Source: the human T2T-CHM13v2.0 reference genome, Homo sapiens
Direction: 5' to 3' (one strand)
Length of the DNA stretch: 64,000 bases
Assembly: GCF_009914755.1 (NCBI RefSeq)
Contig: NC_060931.1
Made by a program: the position numbers and the translations under genes. The notes under the pieces are model-generated. The model was given only the letters and a program-made list of their open reading frames with translations, was not told where the DNA came from and searched no databases. Shown here one piece after another: positions 13,196 to 26,547 of the stretch (the stretch's first letter is position 1; every line of letters starts with the position of its first letter).

Positions 13196-13844
13196 TCGGG
13201 AGGGAGGGGCCTGTGGGGAGCCAGAAGTGCGCAAGTCAGGAGACAGGGCAGGGCTGGAGGCCACGCAGGGATGTCTGGAGGTCCAGGGCAGCTGTGCTGT
13301 TGTGTTTTGTTTCTTAGAAAGCTTCTCAGTGGGTGTTATGGGTCAGTGGAGAGTGAGCGCCCTGTGAGAGTCAGGGCAGGCCTGGTCCAGCCCCCGGCAG
13401 TGAGGATGGAGGGACTTGGGTGTCCAGAGGAGCCCAGTGCTGCAGTTGGGTACTGAGAGCAGCTGGGGTCACCGTCAGCCCCCACTGTGGTCCCCAGACT
13501 TGCAGGCCCTCAGTAAGGGAGTGGATTGCCCTGGCACAGGCTCAGGAAGCAGATGCCTGGTGAAGAACGGCCTGAACCCCCCAGGCCCAGGGCTGGCACT
13601 GAGAGGGGAGTGCACAGGTGTCCACGGAGGCCCTGCCCCTCCTGGGGGCTCTGAGACCCTGGGGCCAGGATCCCAGCAAGAGGTGAAGGGACAGGCCCTG
13701 AGGTGCCAACCAAAGGCTGGAGAGCGGAAGTGAGGGGCCCTGAGGTGCCAACCAAAGGCTGGAGAGCAGCCCAGCACAAGGGGAGGCAGCACCGTGGCAG
13801 GCAGAGTGCCTGGAGTGCTGCTTGGTGCTGGGGGTGGGCATGAG

Positions 13845-14210
13845 CATGTGCTCAAGTGTATGAGTAGGTGAGCGTGTGGGTGTGCATTGCCTGTGTATGC
13901 GTGTGTATGAGTGTGTAAGGGCATGTGTGTGCATGCATGTCCTGTGTGGGTGCACGTGTCGGTGTGCGTGTGTGGCATGTGTACATGTGTAACGTGTGTA
14001 AGGGTGTGCATGTGTGGGTGTGTGTACACACGTGTGCATGTGTGTGTGAGGGCGTTCATCTGTTGTCATGCAGGTGCTGTGTGGGTGCATGTGTGGGCAT
14101 CTGTACGTGTGTGTGCCCGTGCATGTGTATGTGAGGGCATGTGTGTGTGCACACTCATGCACGTGTGTGTAGGCTTATGTGAATGTGGGGGAGTGTGCAC
14201 GTGTGTATGA
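13845..14210. repeat. Degenerate TG/TGCA-rich simple repeat
   Basis: Seen directly in the sequence. Confidence 0.85.
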
Positions 14211-15099
14211 ATGGAACCCGTGTGTGTTCCTATGAAGGGCAGATGGGACCAGGGCTGGTCCCCAGTTCTCAGTGAGAGGGCCTGGGGCGAGCTCCCTTCT
14301 GTCCAAAGCCTGAAGTGTGGGCGTGTACAGCTGTCCCAGCCTCACAGGGATGGAGACGTGGGGATTTCCGTGTTGTCAGATCGTCCGCTGGGCTGCAGGC
14401 TCCACGGCGGGTGGGTGCTGAGTCTTAGCTCAGCATTGTGTCCGCAGCACTAGCCACATAGCAGGGGCTCGATGTGTGGTTCTGAGCAAGTGAATGATCA
14501 CAGAGCCTGCCGGGGTAGAGGCCAAGGAGCCCGTCTGTCTCGCTCTCCGGGGCTGTCCTGGTGGCTGTGGGCCTCGCAGAGGCAACCACTGCAAAGGATG
14601 CAGGAGGAGCAGAGGGGCAGGCGGGCACATGGTGGGGCAGATGCCGTGGGGCGGACATGTCCCTGCAAGTGACGTCTGCAGCCGGCTCCTCTGTGTGTGG
14701 GGCGTCCCGGCTGCTGCACCGAGCCCCGTGGGGACGGCACCTGGTGCCTGCAGAGGGGTCAGCCTGCAGCTGCAGTCGCAGGGAGGGGCCCTCACGCGGA
14801 TGCCGCAGGTGGTCCCGGCATTGGCCTTGCCGGCCCCAGGTAGAGGACGTTCACGTTGCTTCCAGTTTCCTGGCTTATTTTTATAGTCAGAAGAAAAATG
14901 AACTTTTTTCATTTGAAGAACAATCCTGAAATGAGCTTTCGAGAGACTCTATGGGGTCCCCTGCCCCAGGCATCTCAGAAGCACAGAAGGACGAGGAGGC
15001 TGAATGGGTGCTGCCCCTGAGGGGCACCTGGGACCCCTGAGCCTGCCCAGCCCTCCACCCCAGGACCGTCCTGTGCCTGCCCCGGGCTCCCGGCCCGCC

Positions 15100-15930
15100 A
15101 GCACCATTACGGGGGTCGCACGGCGGCTGTCCCCTGAGCCTTCTCTCATTGCGCAGAATGGCACCGTCACGGGGTCGCACGGCGGCTGTCCCCTGAGCCT
15201 TCTCTCACAGAGCAGAACGGCACCCTCACGGGGGTCTCACAGCGGCTGTCCCCTGAGCATTCTCTCACGGAGCAGAACGGCACCGTCACGGGGTCGCACG
15301 GCGGCTGTCCCCTGAGCCTTCTCTCACGGAGCAGAACGGCACTGTCACGGGGCTCACACGGCGGCTGTCCCCTGAGCCTTCTCTCACGGAGCAGAACGGC
15401 ACTGTCACGGGGTCGCATGGCGGCTGTCCCCTGAGCCTTCTCTCATTGCACAGAATGGCACCGTCACGGGGTCGCACGGCGGCTGTCCCCTGAGCCTTCT
15501 CTCATTGCGCAGAATGGCACCGTCACGGGGGTCGCATGGCGGCTGTCCCCTGAGCCTTCTCTCACTGAGCAGAACGGCACCGTCACGGGGTCGCACGGCG
15601 GCTGTCCCCTGAGCCTTCTCTCATTGCGCAGAATGGCACCGTCACGGGGGTCGCATGGCGGCTGTCCCCTGAGCCTTCTCTCACTGAGCAGAATGGCACC
15701 GTCACGGGGTCGCACGGCGGCTGTCCCCTGAGCCTTCTCTCATTGCGCAGAATGGCACCGTCACGGGGGTCGCATGGTGGCTGTCCCCTGAGCCTTCTCT
15801 CACTGAGCAGAACGGCACCGTCACGGGGTCGCACGGCGGCTGTCCCCTGAGCCTTCTCTCATTGCGCAGAATGGCACCCTCATGGGGTCGCACGGCGGCT
15901 GTCCCCTGAGCCTTCTCTCATTGCGCAGAA
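15100..15930. repeat. CpG-rich 59/60-bp minisatellite, about 14 copies
   Basis: ggggtcgcacggcggctgtcccctgagccttctctcattgcgcagaatggcaccgtcac, with alternating variants giving a 119-bp super-period. Confidence 0.95.
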
Positions 15931-18900
15931 CAACCTGGGTTTCACTGAGTTCCATGAGACTGGATGGGAGAAGAAGCAGGGGTGATCTTGGGGGTCAGAC
16001 ACCAGGGCTCACCTGACCTGCTAGGGTGTGTGGCCTGGAGTGCGATGGAGGCCTTTGGAGAAGGAGCTGCACCTCCCAAACCCACTGGGTTCAGCCTGGG
16101 CCCACTGCAGGCCGCCCTCTTGGTGTCCACGCACCCCATGTCCCACCACAGAGGACGGATTCCCTTCCTCTGCCTCGTGACCGGCTAAGCTGTCTGAGTC
16201 CCTGGAGAAGACCGGCTAGGAGGGGCCCTGGAGGGTCACAGTGCAGGGGGTGGAAGGTTTGAAAACAGATCAACGTTAACAGCGTGTCTCCTGCATGGGC
16301 TGACTCAGAGGGGCGTGCCACAAGGCCTAGTCACCCTCACAAGAGTCCCAGCGCTTACCAGCCAAGGACGAGGGCCCAAGGCTCAGGGAGGAGGGAGTCG
16401 CTGTCCCGCAGCCACACGGCCGCCCGGCTGGGCCTCTCAGGTGGCCCCGTGTGCCCCCCGGTCGTGGCCCCGATACCAGGTGGTGTTAAGAGACTCCACC
16501 CTCTCGCAGGTCTGTGGGGACGGGCACAGGCGGCCGCTCCACCCCACTGCCCACGACAGGCCCGAATCCGCCCGGGCTGGAGCCTCTGGCCTCTGAGGTC
16601 ACTTTGGCTTGTCCAGACACCCTGATGATTTACTGGTGGCCAAAGTTACATCAACTGAGGCTGGCCACAGAAGGTAGCTGTCTTCTCCTGCCCTCACCTG
16701 GCAGCTAGACATTTCTTTGCTTAATAAGTAAAAGGAAATTATTAACAATTATGTAACCATTGCAGAGAATCTGACAGGGAAATGAATAAATGGTAAAAAC
16801 AGCAAAACCCTCAGAGAGTGCGGTTCTGGGCCCTGCACCCACTTTACCGATGGGGAAGCTGAGGCCCGTCCCTGCAGCCGTCCAAGCCCACACTGGCACC
16901 CTCCCCTCGGCTGTTCCGATTAGGCCTTCTCAGCCTCCCCAGGCCGTCCGACCCTGGCCGACTGAGGATGTGTGTTTCCGTGGGGTCTCCTGGAAAAGAT
17001 TACCCCATTTGTTGAAAATCAAGGAAAGTCATTTTTTTTTTCCAAAAGCATTCCCCAGAACGGCAATATCGAGGGTCTTTTTGTATTTTCTCCAGTTATG
17101 ACGGTCGCCGGGGTGCCGCTAGTGTGTGGGCCGTCGTTCTAATTGTCACGAAAGGGAGGGAAGATTAAAAGGACGGGAAAGAAAATATGGCCTTCATTTT
17201 CCTCGTACTGGGGACGAAAATGGAAGCCAGGGGATTTCATTCAAAAGCAGTTTGCTCAGGTCTGGTTGTTTTTAATGCCAAAAAAGGAAACTGCAGATTT
17301 AAGATCTCCTTAGACAAGCAGAGAACGGGCTCAAACACTAGCCCCTAACTATGCATTTAGTTTATTTTTCTTACTGATGTTTTTTTTAAACATCTAGGGC
17401 TCCACGGAGGAAAAACAAGATTGTAACAGTAACCTTGGTGCTCAATATTTAATCCTGGTTTAGTAGTTAGTAGCAGCTTTACCCTTTTATTACTTTGAAA
17501 TGAAAGGAAGCATCACAAGGGTTTCATAGGAAAGATGTCTGCACCTGTGTTTTCAGGCTACCGGGGAGCCCGCGTTCATTTCCAGTCTAGTCGTACTTCC
17601 CTGAGTCCTGTCCATGAATACTGGATGAGCCGACAGTAGCGTGTTTAAAACTACAGTGGGTCTGAGACTTTCAAGCAATTCTTTTTCCCCGTTTGCTTTT
17701 GAAATAAAGTCTAAACCATCGCAATTGTTTTCAAGTGGAAATGACTTCAGACTTTTACAGTTGCAAATCACTGAATCATTTTAAAATGGATTTTCATTAA
17801 ATTGACCGTAAGAGGTTGAAGAGCCTCTTCTGAGATGATGTTCCAGCCAAAGAAATGATTCTCTCCTTCTTCTGTGTCTCACGTTGAAGAGCTGGCGCAG
17901 AGGTTTCCTGCAGACCCGGGAGGGGTACCTGGGGCCGGTTAGGAGGGTCCTAGGGTTCACCTGAATGGTTCTGAAGCCCTTTAGCCGCACCACAGCGACC
18001 CGTCAGAGCTGATGGGGGACGGCGGGCTCAGTCAGGCGCACAGGCCTGTGCCTGCGTAACGAAACACCAGGGGGGAAAGCCATCCGCCTGGCATGGTTGT
18101 GATGAGGCCCGTGGCCAATCAGAGAAATTCTGAGAAAATAAAAGATAGGTCAGTAGGCGACCCCTGCCCTGGGCAGGGTCTTGGCTCAGTGCTGCCTGTC
18201 CCCATGGGTTCCGAAGAAGGCAGGTTCATTGGAAAAGCTTGGAAATCTCTAGTCCTTAGATCACAGGGGCTCTTGTCAGTGTGGCTGTCTCAGACTGTGA
18301 GGACTCAGGCCCCTCTGCTGGGTTGAGGAGACCCCCAAGACTGGCCACCCAGGGGGCTGGTGTCACGGCTCAGTGTGGGGTCAACAAGCCAGGTCCGTGT
18401 CCCTGTCCCTCCCCTGTGAGAGGCTGACACTGCCATGGGGGCTGTGGAGGGTGGAAGGGGAGACGCCCGCTGCCTACACCCCCAGCTCTCCTCTGAGGGC
18501 AGCGTTTCCACAGAGCCGGTGTGAGCCAGGGGAATGACCTGTCCCAACAAGAAGCTCAGGTTTGGACAACTGGTGCCTGGAGCTGAGGTCCTTAGCATCT
18601 CAGCACAGCTGCCAGCCTCCACGGCACCTGTGGGTCCATCCCACATCCTCCACCAAGAGTGACCTGACTGAACAGACGCCACGACTCTCACGGCTCCTGC
18701 TGACGGCATGAGTGGGGTCCCGGGCAGCCTCCTCAACGTGTTTGTAGTCCTGACCTGTAACAACTGCATGCTGGCTGGAGGGTCCCACGCTGGGGATTCC
18801 TCCTCCTCAAACTCAGCACTGGGAGCCCCTTCCAAGACCGCCCACCAGGCATCTTGTTCATGGATGGGGATCACAGCCAGGGTGAGTAGCGACACCAGGA

Positions 18901-19939
18901 CCCGTAGTCGGGCCACACCCTGCCCCACCCACGCACCCCACCCCCCCACCACCAAGATGCCTCCCTGTCAGCCCCACGGGGGCCACTCTAGGACCAGAAG
19001 CAGGGAAATGTCCCACCCAGGAGGGGCCCTTCACGTCCAGATGAGGTCTCGTCATAACCTTCAGCACCTCCGGGTTTGTGTGAAATAGGCGGATTGTCTG
19101 GGCTCCGATGTGTGGGAAGTGAGTTTCCTTCCACGTGCAATGAGGCAGCCCCCTTTTCTGTGAGGAATGCATTTTCTGGGAACTTTGCTGCAATGTGTTC
19201 TGGCTGGTGTATAAATAATTCCGCACATCGCCGCCCTCCGGTCCTTCCTGGGCCCTGTGCCATTCTCATTCCCAGTTCTCCTGACTCACACATGGCCGCT
19301 GAAAAAGACCTCCTGTGTTGAGCGGGAAGGCCTTGGCTGCAGCTGGTCCAGGTCCTGGCCGAGCCCAATGGGGCCCCTCCTGCCTGCAGCCCTGTGGCTG
19401 GAGAGCTCGCCGTCCTCACGCAAACAGTCCAGACCACAGCGGTGGCACATCGTGAGAATGACAGATGGGGGATGAGCAAGGTGCCAGGGGTTTTAAATAA
19501 GACGGCCGCGTTTTGCCAAACACCTACCCCACGGGGCTGGAACAAGTGACGCAGAAATGGGCAGGAAGCGTGGACCGCGAACTCGGGGACCAAAAGGTCG
19601 TGCCGGAGTCACTGCCAGGGAGAGCCCCGCACCTTCCAGAGCTCTGCCGGCTGAAAGCCTGGTATTAAACAGCTTAATATATCTCGCTAATGACAGGTGG
19701 TGGTTTTCTGCTGTGTGAGTGATGAGAAGATTACCCAAGATAGAAAGGCTAATTTTTGCCTCCGTGCCTTCATTTAGTGAGTCAGGGATCTAGTGTGTTT
19801 GGAGGAATAAGAAAGTGTCTGTCTTATCTAGTTTTGGGCCTCCCTGAGTTTGGCCCTGGAGAAGGGAATCCAAGAGAAATGGGATAGAAAGATGGGGTAG
19901 GGGGATGGGGAAGGACCAGCTTCCGCTTCCGCGACCCTC

Positions 19940-20356
19940 TGGAAGGTGCCCCGAGTATCTCGGGCCCCGGCCGTGGAACCTGTAAATGTCACCTTCTTTG
20001 GAAAAGCGGTCTTTGGAGGTGTGGTTAAATTAAAGACTTCGAGATGAGGACTTTCCCTGGGCCCAAAATGCAATCCCCTGTCCTCATAAGAGGGAGGTGG
20101 AGGGAGATTAAACGCAGAGGAGGAGGCCAAGGGAAGGGGATGCAGGGCTGCAGTAACAAGCCCAGGAGCTCCTGGAGCCCCCAGAGCTGGGAGAGGCAAG
20201 AAGGATCCTCCCTAGAGTCTCCACGGGGAGCTCAGCCCTGCCCACAGCTCAGCCTTGCATTTCTTGTCCCCAGGACGGGGTGGGGGGGGGGGGGGGGGCG
20301 GGAACAGATCCCCGTGGCTTAAAGTGCCCCTGTCTGTGGTTATTTATTACAGCAGA
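19940..20356 (+). mobile_element. MLT1-type MaLR LTR fossil
   Basis: cctgtaaatgtcaccttctttggaaaa..gtctttg..gtgtggttaaattaaagac..gagatgagg and 3' tgtggttatttattacagcag resemble MLT1. Confidence 0.65.
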
Positions 20357-20623
20357 GCCTCGTGGCTGGACCTCTGTGTCCCGGCGTTCGGAACACCAGG
20401 AGCCCTTCACGAGGCTCCTGTGGGGCCGTGGGTGGATGGAGGGTGGCCGGGCCGTCTGGTCCACATGCCTCACCCTGGCCGGCCACCTCAGACAGGTCCT
20501 TGGTGTCTCCCCGATTCAGTGTTCCCATCTGTAAAATCGGTGGAAAAACGCCTGCCCCATAGAGCCTGGTATTAGATGAGTCGCGATACAGAAAGCTCTG
20601 AGGATAGAGCCTGGCACATGGAA

Positions 20624-20750
20624 AGTCCTGTGTGTTTACTGCCCTCAGTAATATACTGAATAATACCTATCGGTTAATGAAGGGAAGAGTCCTGTGTGTT
20701 TACTGCTCTCAATAATATACTGAATAATACTTACCAGTAAATGAAGGGAA
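20624..20750. repeat. 64-bp tandem duplication
   Basis: agtcctgtgtgtttactgc...taatatactgaataatac at 20624 and 20688. Confidence 0.85.
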
Positions 20751-20804
20751 AAGCGCCACATCAACCTGGCTTCAGTGTGGACCCGCTGCTGGACCCCGGT
20801 GGGT

Positions 20805-20883
20805 CCTATAGTCCCAGCTACTCGGGAGGCTGAGGTGGGAGTTTCGCCTGAGCCCAGGAGGCTGAGGATGCAGTGAGCTATGA
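20805..20883 (+). mobile_element. Alu right-arm fragment (J/FRAM-like)
   Basis: cctatagtcccagctactcgggaggctgaggtgggag...gcagtgagctatga. Confidence 0.85.
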
Positions 20884-21204
20884 AAGAAAAGACGGCCTGG
20901 GAGATGATGCTGGAAGACACAGGCCAGGGTGGTCCAGGCCAGGGCAGCGAGTACAGAGGCAGGAGCAGCAGCCCCAGCAGGACCCTCCCATCCAAGCATC
21001 AGGAAGGCTGGCGTGGCCGACCCCAACCATCATGCAGACGGGAGACAGGAGTGGGTGCGCTGGGGGGTCTGTTCCGGGGCAGCGAGGACCCCTGGAGGGC
21101 AGAGCAGGAGCAGCAGCAGCATGTTCGGGGAGCCCGGGGTGGCCGGGGCGGGAGACGTCGACTGACACTTTGGTGGTGGTGAATGACACGCATCAGTGGG
21201 GCCC

Positions 21205-21410
21205 CATGGGAGGAGGGTCCCGGCGTGGAGGACTCTGTGGGAGGAGGGTCCCGGCGTCGAGGGCCGCGTGGGAGGAGGGTCCTGGCGTGGAGGGCCCCGT
21301 GGGAGGAGGGTCCTGGCGTGGAGGACTCTGTGGGAGGAGGGTCCCGGCGTCGAGGGCCCCGTGGGAGGAGGGTCCTGGCGTGGAGGGCTCCGTGGGAGGA
21401 GGGTTCTGGC
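21205..21410. repeat. 31-bp G-rich minisatellite, about 7 copies
   Basis: tgggaggagggtcc recurs every 31 bp from 21207. Confidence 0.9.
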
Positions 21411-23264
21411 TGAGGTCATCCAGCAGCTGCACTGTGTGGCCTGGCCTGGGGATGGTGTTCTTGGTAAGCCCAAGTGTGGTCAGGAGGCTGCCTGCCTGTT
21501 TCCAGGAGGGTGAGCAGGAGGCCTTAGGCACAGAGGAGCATCTGTGAGGGGCGCGTGCGTCTGGCTGAGTGGGCACCTGGCGGTGTGTGCAGGCTTCCCA
21601 GCTCTTACGGCCTCTCAGGCACCGGGTCTTTTTCTGCCTGTCTGGCAGGGTTTGGGAGGTGGTGGTTTTCCATAATGCATGAATGGTTGGTGTTTGACCC
21701 ACCCCTCTTTGGGCCTCAGTTTCCCATCTGTGCCCAGGGGCCTGGGGCGGTCCTCTGTGCTGAGCAGGACACCCAAGGACTCCATCCTCCGGCCCCAGCA
21801 CCCGCCCCTGCCCAGGGTTCCGCCTGATGGTTTGCTGTTGGTCTCTGCCGCCGACCCGGCATCCGTTCCGTCGGCCTCGTCGGGCTGTCCCTGCTTTGTG
21901 GGACACGCTGAGCCGGGGAAGGCATCTGCCTCCCTCATCAGACTGGACGCCCCTTTCCCTGCTCGGCCGCCGGCCCAGCTGGGTAGCAGCGGGAGCAAGG
22001 AAGGACAGTGGCTCTTTGCTGATGCCCTGAGCTGCCTCCTCTGCAATGCTTCTTGGAAAAACCTCGGGGGACACCCCACTCCCCATCCACCTGGAGAGGG
22101 TGGGAGTCGGCGGCCCTGGGTGAGCAGACCTTGTGGCTACCTGTCTGTTCTCCCATGTGTCCAGTGGAGAGAACGCGGCCCAGCCCCCCACCTCTCAGAC
22201 CCCGTCCAGGGACATCCCGTGGCTCCACAGAGCCGTCTCCTCCCTGGACAGAGCAACCCTCACGCCTGCACGCGTGGCCCTGGGTCACTGCCTGCACTGG
22301 CCATCTCCGTGACTGTAGAGCAGGGGGTCCCGAAGGTTTTGCGAATCAATTCACTCAAACAGCTTAGCACAGCGCTTAGCTCAGAGTGAGAGCCACATCC
22401 CTGTTGGCTTCTAGTCCCTCATAGGCATTGGTAATAAGCTGCCAGTTTCCTCTATTTTTAACCAAAGCAAACGTTTTCTATTTTCCCACAAACTGAAGAG
22501 CGTTGAAATGTTTGTTAGCAGCAACAGTGGGAACCGTTCTATGAGAAGGTGCCACGTGGTCCTAACAGCAGTTGGAGGGGCCAGCTCCGGGAATGCCTAG
22601 CGCCGCGGCTGACCGGCCCCTCGGCCGTGCCGGGATCGTGTGCGTTGCAGGACGGGGCACCCGGCGTGGTGTCCCTCCCGCTGAAGCCACAGTTGTTAAG
22701 GAGCCCTGGATTTCGGAGAAACAACGAATCCTCTTGGAGCCAGGACCTCTCCAGGGATGGGTCCTCTGCAGACCTCTGGGCCTGCAGCCCCAGCCTTCCT
22801 GAGAGGGGCCCAGATCCGGGAGGAAACACGGACGTTCGGAACAGCAGGAGCTGGTGTGTGGTTTTTGGAGGGCCCTGAAGAAAAGATCACAGGCCTGAGT
22901 CAGACTCCTGGTTCCCGTCCAAGCTGTGCCATGTTCTGGCCGTGCGATTCTGCAGACGCCTCTGTCTCCTTCCAGACCTCGGTTTCCTTGTCTTTAAAAT
23001 GGGGGCAGCCGCGAGAGCCATGGGGGCTCCCGTGAGGACGCGTCGCCTGGCCCGGGGATGCACGTGTGGTGTTTGTCACCCTCTCTCTGGCTCCTTTGTG
23101 AACAGCAGTGCCTTCTCTCGATCATTCTGTGTGGTTTTCTAAGTGTCATGAGCCTTAGCATTGATGGCCTGACTGGATTTGGAGGAAACAGGTCGTAATT
23201 TCACAGCCTTTCCAGCTGGGACTAAATCACCGTGTCCATCTGCCCTGCCTTCGTGTGGCTGGGT

Positions 23265-23665
23265 ATCCTGTATTCCCCTCCTTGGCTGCTGGAACAAATC
23301 ACGGCAAACGCAGTGTCTTCAGACAACACAAGCATCCTCTTCCCAGCCCAGAGTGCAGGGGTCTAAAAGGACGTGCAGGCTGAGCTCCCCCGGGAGGCTC
23401 AGGGAGGAGCCGTGTCCTGGCCCTTCCGGCTCCTGGAGGCGCCTGCGTTGGCGGCTGGGGTCCCTCCTCCATCCTGAGAGCCGGCCGCGCAGCGTCTTCT
23501 GAAGTCAGGTCTCCCTCGGCCCCTCTTGCAGGGACGCTGTGGTCTCTCCTTCCCCAGAGCCTCAGTCACATCTGCACTGTGCCTCCCGCCACGCGAGGCA
23601 GCAGTCACAGGTCCTGGGGTTCAGATGCGGACAACTTTGGGGGACCGTTATTCTGCCAGCCACGA
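23265..23665 (-). mobile_element. MLT1-type LTR fossil, antisense
   Basis: ggctgctggaacaaatcac...aaacgcagtgtcttcagacaacac and 3' tttgggggaccgttattctgccagccac. Confidence 0.55.
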
Positions 23666-24931
23666 AAGGCCTGGGAGAGGTCAGCTCAGTCGTCATTCCT
23701 ACTTTAGTATGAATAACCACAATTAGTACACCTCCTGTGTTGTTTTTCAGAGCTGAGGGAAATCCTTCTAAGGGAAGGGGTTTGGGTGTGGCCAGCTCTG
23801 GGGGGAGGGAGAGAAGGATGCACGGTGTTGGGGGCTGCAGGCAGCTCCTGGGAACTGGTCCTGGGCAGACCCCAGAAGATGTGGGCATCACGGCTGCTCA
23901 GTGCCCCCCTGGGGGCTGCCTTCCTGCCCCTGCCTTTCTGGTGCCCTTTGAGGCCCAGGGAGGCCGTCCCGGCAAGTGGAGGCGTGACGCCTGTGGGGCC
24001 TTCCTTCGTGAGGAGGAGAGCACGAGAGCCTTCCCGGGCTCGGCCGCCAGGATTTCACCCGGTTCTGCCGAGTCCCCCTCCTCGTGCCCTCAGTGGGACG
24101 CTGACCTCAGAGCTGCGTCCTGGGCCTCTTTCCTCAGCTGGGCTTTTACAAGGGCGACAAGCCCAGTCGGGAGTTGTGAAGTCAGCCTTTAAAAGTCTTC
24201 CTTGCTGCCCACGACTGAGGCTGGGCGTGGCCGGGTGCAGCTTGATCTCGCCTCACAGGCAGTGGTGGGGGGTCCCAGGCCCCGACCACTCCCTGTATCG
24301 GGGGTGGCTGGCCGAGGGCAGGGCCGGCGTGCCAGGACCGGGACTCCTCTGAGCCCTGGTCTTCTGGGGCCGCAGGCTGTGGGTGTCTCTCGTGTCTGAC
24401 ACAGGAGGCTTTGCCGAGAAGGTGCTTGGGGAGGAGTAGCTGCTGCATGGGGTCTGTGGTCCCCGGCACCATCGGGGCATCCCCGGGCCCTGTGTCTGCC
24501 CTCAGCATGTGGCTCCTTCCTGCACAGTTCAGTGAGTGACTTAGGAAGAACAGAAAGGCGGGTGTTGAAAATCTGCCCTGTCCTTCCCGCTCTGAGGCTG
24601 TCCTTCTGGCAGAGTCACGTGGAAGGTTTGGGACGGACAGCCCCAGCCCAGGCCCTCCCTCTGTGGGCCAGCGAGCTCCCATCCCTGCCGTTTCTCCGAG
24701 ATGAGTCCCGAGAAGCCCACGGCACTGCATGTCTCATGGGGACCTCAGCACCCCCTTTCCAGGAGCCCTCAGGCCAGCACCCCTCTCAGCTGCGTTGCAA
24801 CCCTGCAGCTAGGCAGACAGGGTGGGGCTAGGCAGGGAATGGGCCACAGTCATGCCAGGAATGGGCCCCGGGCCACTTGCTTCTCGGAAGTTCCCTGTGT
24901 GTTGAAAATGAGAGAAATGTCACATCACGTT

Positions 24932-25114
24932 AGCCCAGGCTGCGGCATTTTCAAACTGTTTACACTGAGCCCAGGCTGCGGCATTTTCAAACTGTTTACA
25001 CTGAGCCCAGGCTGCGGCATTTTCAAACTGTTTACACTGAGCCCAGGCTGTGGCATTTTCAAACTGTTTACACTGAGCCCAGGCTGTGGCATTTTCAAAC
25101 TGTTTACACTGAGC
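24932..25114. repeat. 36-bp minisatellite, 5 copies, each with TGTTTAC
   Basis: agcccaggctg(c/t)ggcattttcaaactgtttacactg x5. Confidence 0.95.
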
Positions 25115-26547
25115 ATGCTGGTGTCTTCTGCCTCCACGGTCTGGGGTATCCGGCGCCTTCTGAAATGCCGGACGCACGTGGACTGCCGATCTGTGAGCTC
25201 AACCCTGCAGCCCAGTGGAGCCCGTGACATGAGTGTGGGTTGCAGTAACCAGACCTACGTCCACGTGAGGGGCTGCAGGTGTGAGTCTCAGGACAAATGC
25301 ACCTCCCCCAACCCCCGGGCAGGTGAAGTTCTATTCCACCCTGCACATAGTCAGCTTGTTTGTTTTAATAATTTCCTTCTTCGAATGTGATGTTTTGTTT
25401 ATCGTCACATAAAAAGCAAAACCAGACCCCCTCCCTGAGCCCTGCCGAGGAGGTCCTGGGTAGCTGGCGCTTCCCTGAGTGGCAGCGCCGTCTCCTCCCG
25501 CTCGGGTGGGGCCCGCGGCCTTGGAGTTGCTGGAGCAGCCGGTCAGCTCAGCTTGCTGCTGGGAGGGACGGTCTGTCTGGCCTAGGCTGCATGGAGGGTC
25601 AGTGGTGGACGGGGCTGCCCACCTGTCCCACTCGCTGGTAGTCTCCTGGCAGGCTGACCATGCTGGTGAGGACTGTGACTTCTGGGCCTGGGCCCAGGGC
25701 TCCCAGCATGCTTTGGACTGACCATTCCTGTTCCAGGAAACATTTGGGCGACTGCCCTGTCTCCCCCAGCCACGGTACGCTCTGCTGCTCGGCTAACCCC
25801 GCTGGATCTGATAACATCTTTCCACATTTCAAACCCTGACTCCTGGAAAAGGAGACCATGCCTGTCACCTGCCCTCCTCACCTGGCATACCTTCTGTCAG
25901 GGCGCCCAGGAAGAAGGAGAGGCTGCCAGGTGACCGCTTCGGCCGAGTTCGTCCCCTTCCGTGCAGAGGGTTCAGTACTTTTCCAAAGCCTTTTTCCCGG
26001 GGGCTGAATCAGCAGCATCCCCTCCTGATCCCTGTGCAGAAGGGAGGCTGAGCGGCTCCTGGCCGAGGTGAGAGGCCGAGCGGCTCCTGGCCGAGGTGAG
26101 AGTCGGCCTGCTGGTCTCCGCCGAGGACGCCCCTCTCCTCTCAACCTTGCAGGTGCAGGGAGAAACATCCCAGTCTTCCCAGGCTGTCCAGCACTGCTGG
26201 CTTCTGGCAACCCTTGAGGTGTCCGTTGCAGCCCCTGTGAGCCACCTGGCTCTGAGAAGCCTGCGTGGCTAGGCCAGGGGATTGAAGCCACAGCTGCCTC
26301 CTGCTGTCACCAGTAGACCCGATCTTCTCAGGCGTTTACTGGCTGCAAAAATTTCCCCCCTTCCCCTCGCCCTCACCTGGGGACCCCCTGGGATCGTCTT
26401 GCTCCCACTTCTTACTCTGCAGAAAGGGAAACTGAGGCCTAGGGCCACCCAGCAAGCACTCTTTCTGCTCCCCTCATGGGCCAAGGGACATCTCACAGGG
26501 CACAGCAGAGAACTTGAGGGTGGAGATGATGATAAGGATGGTTGATG

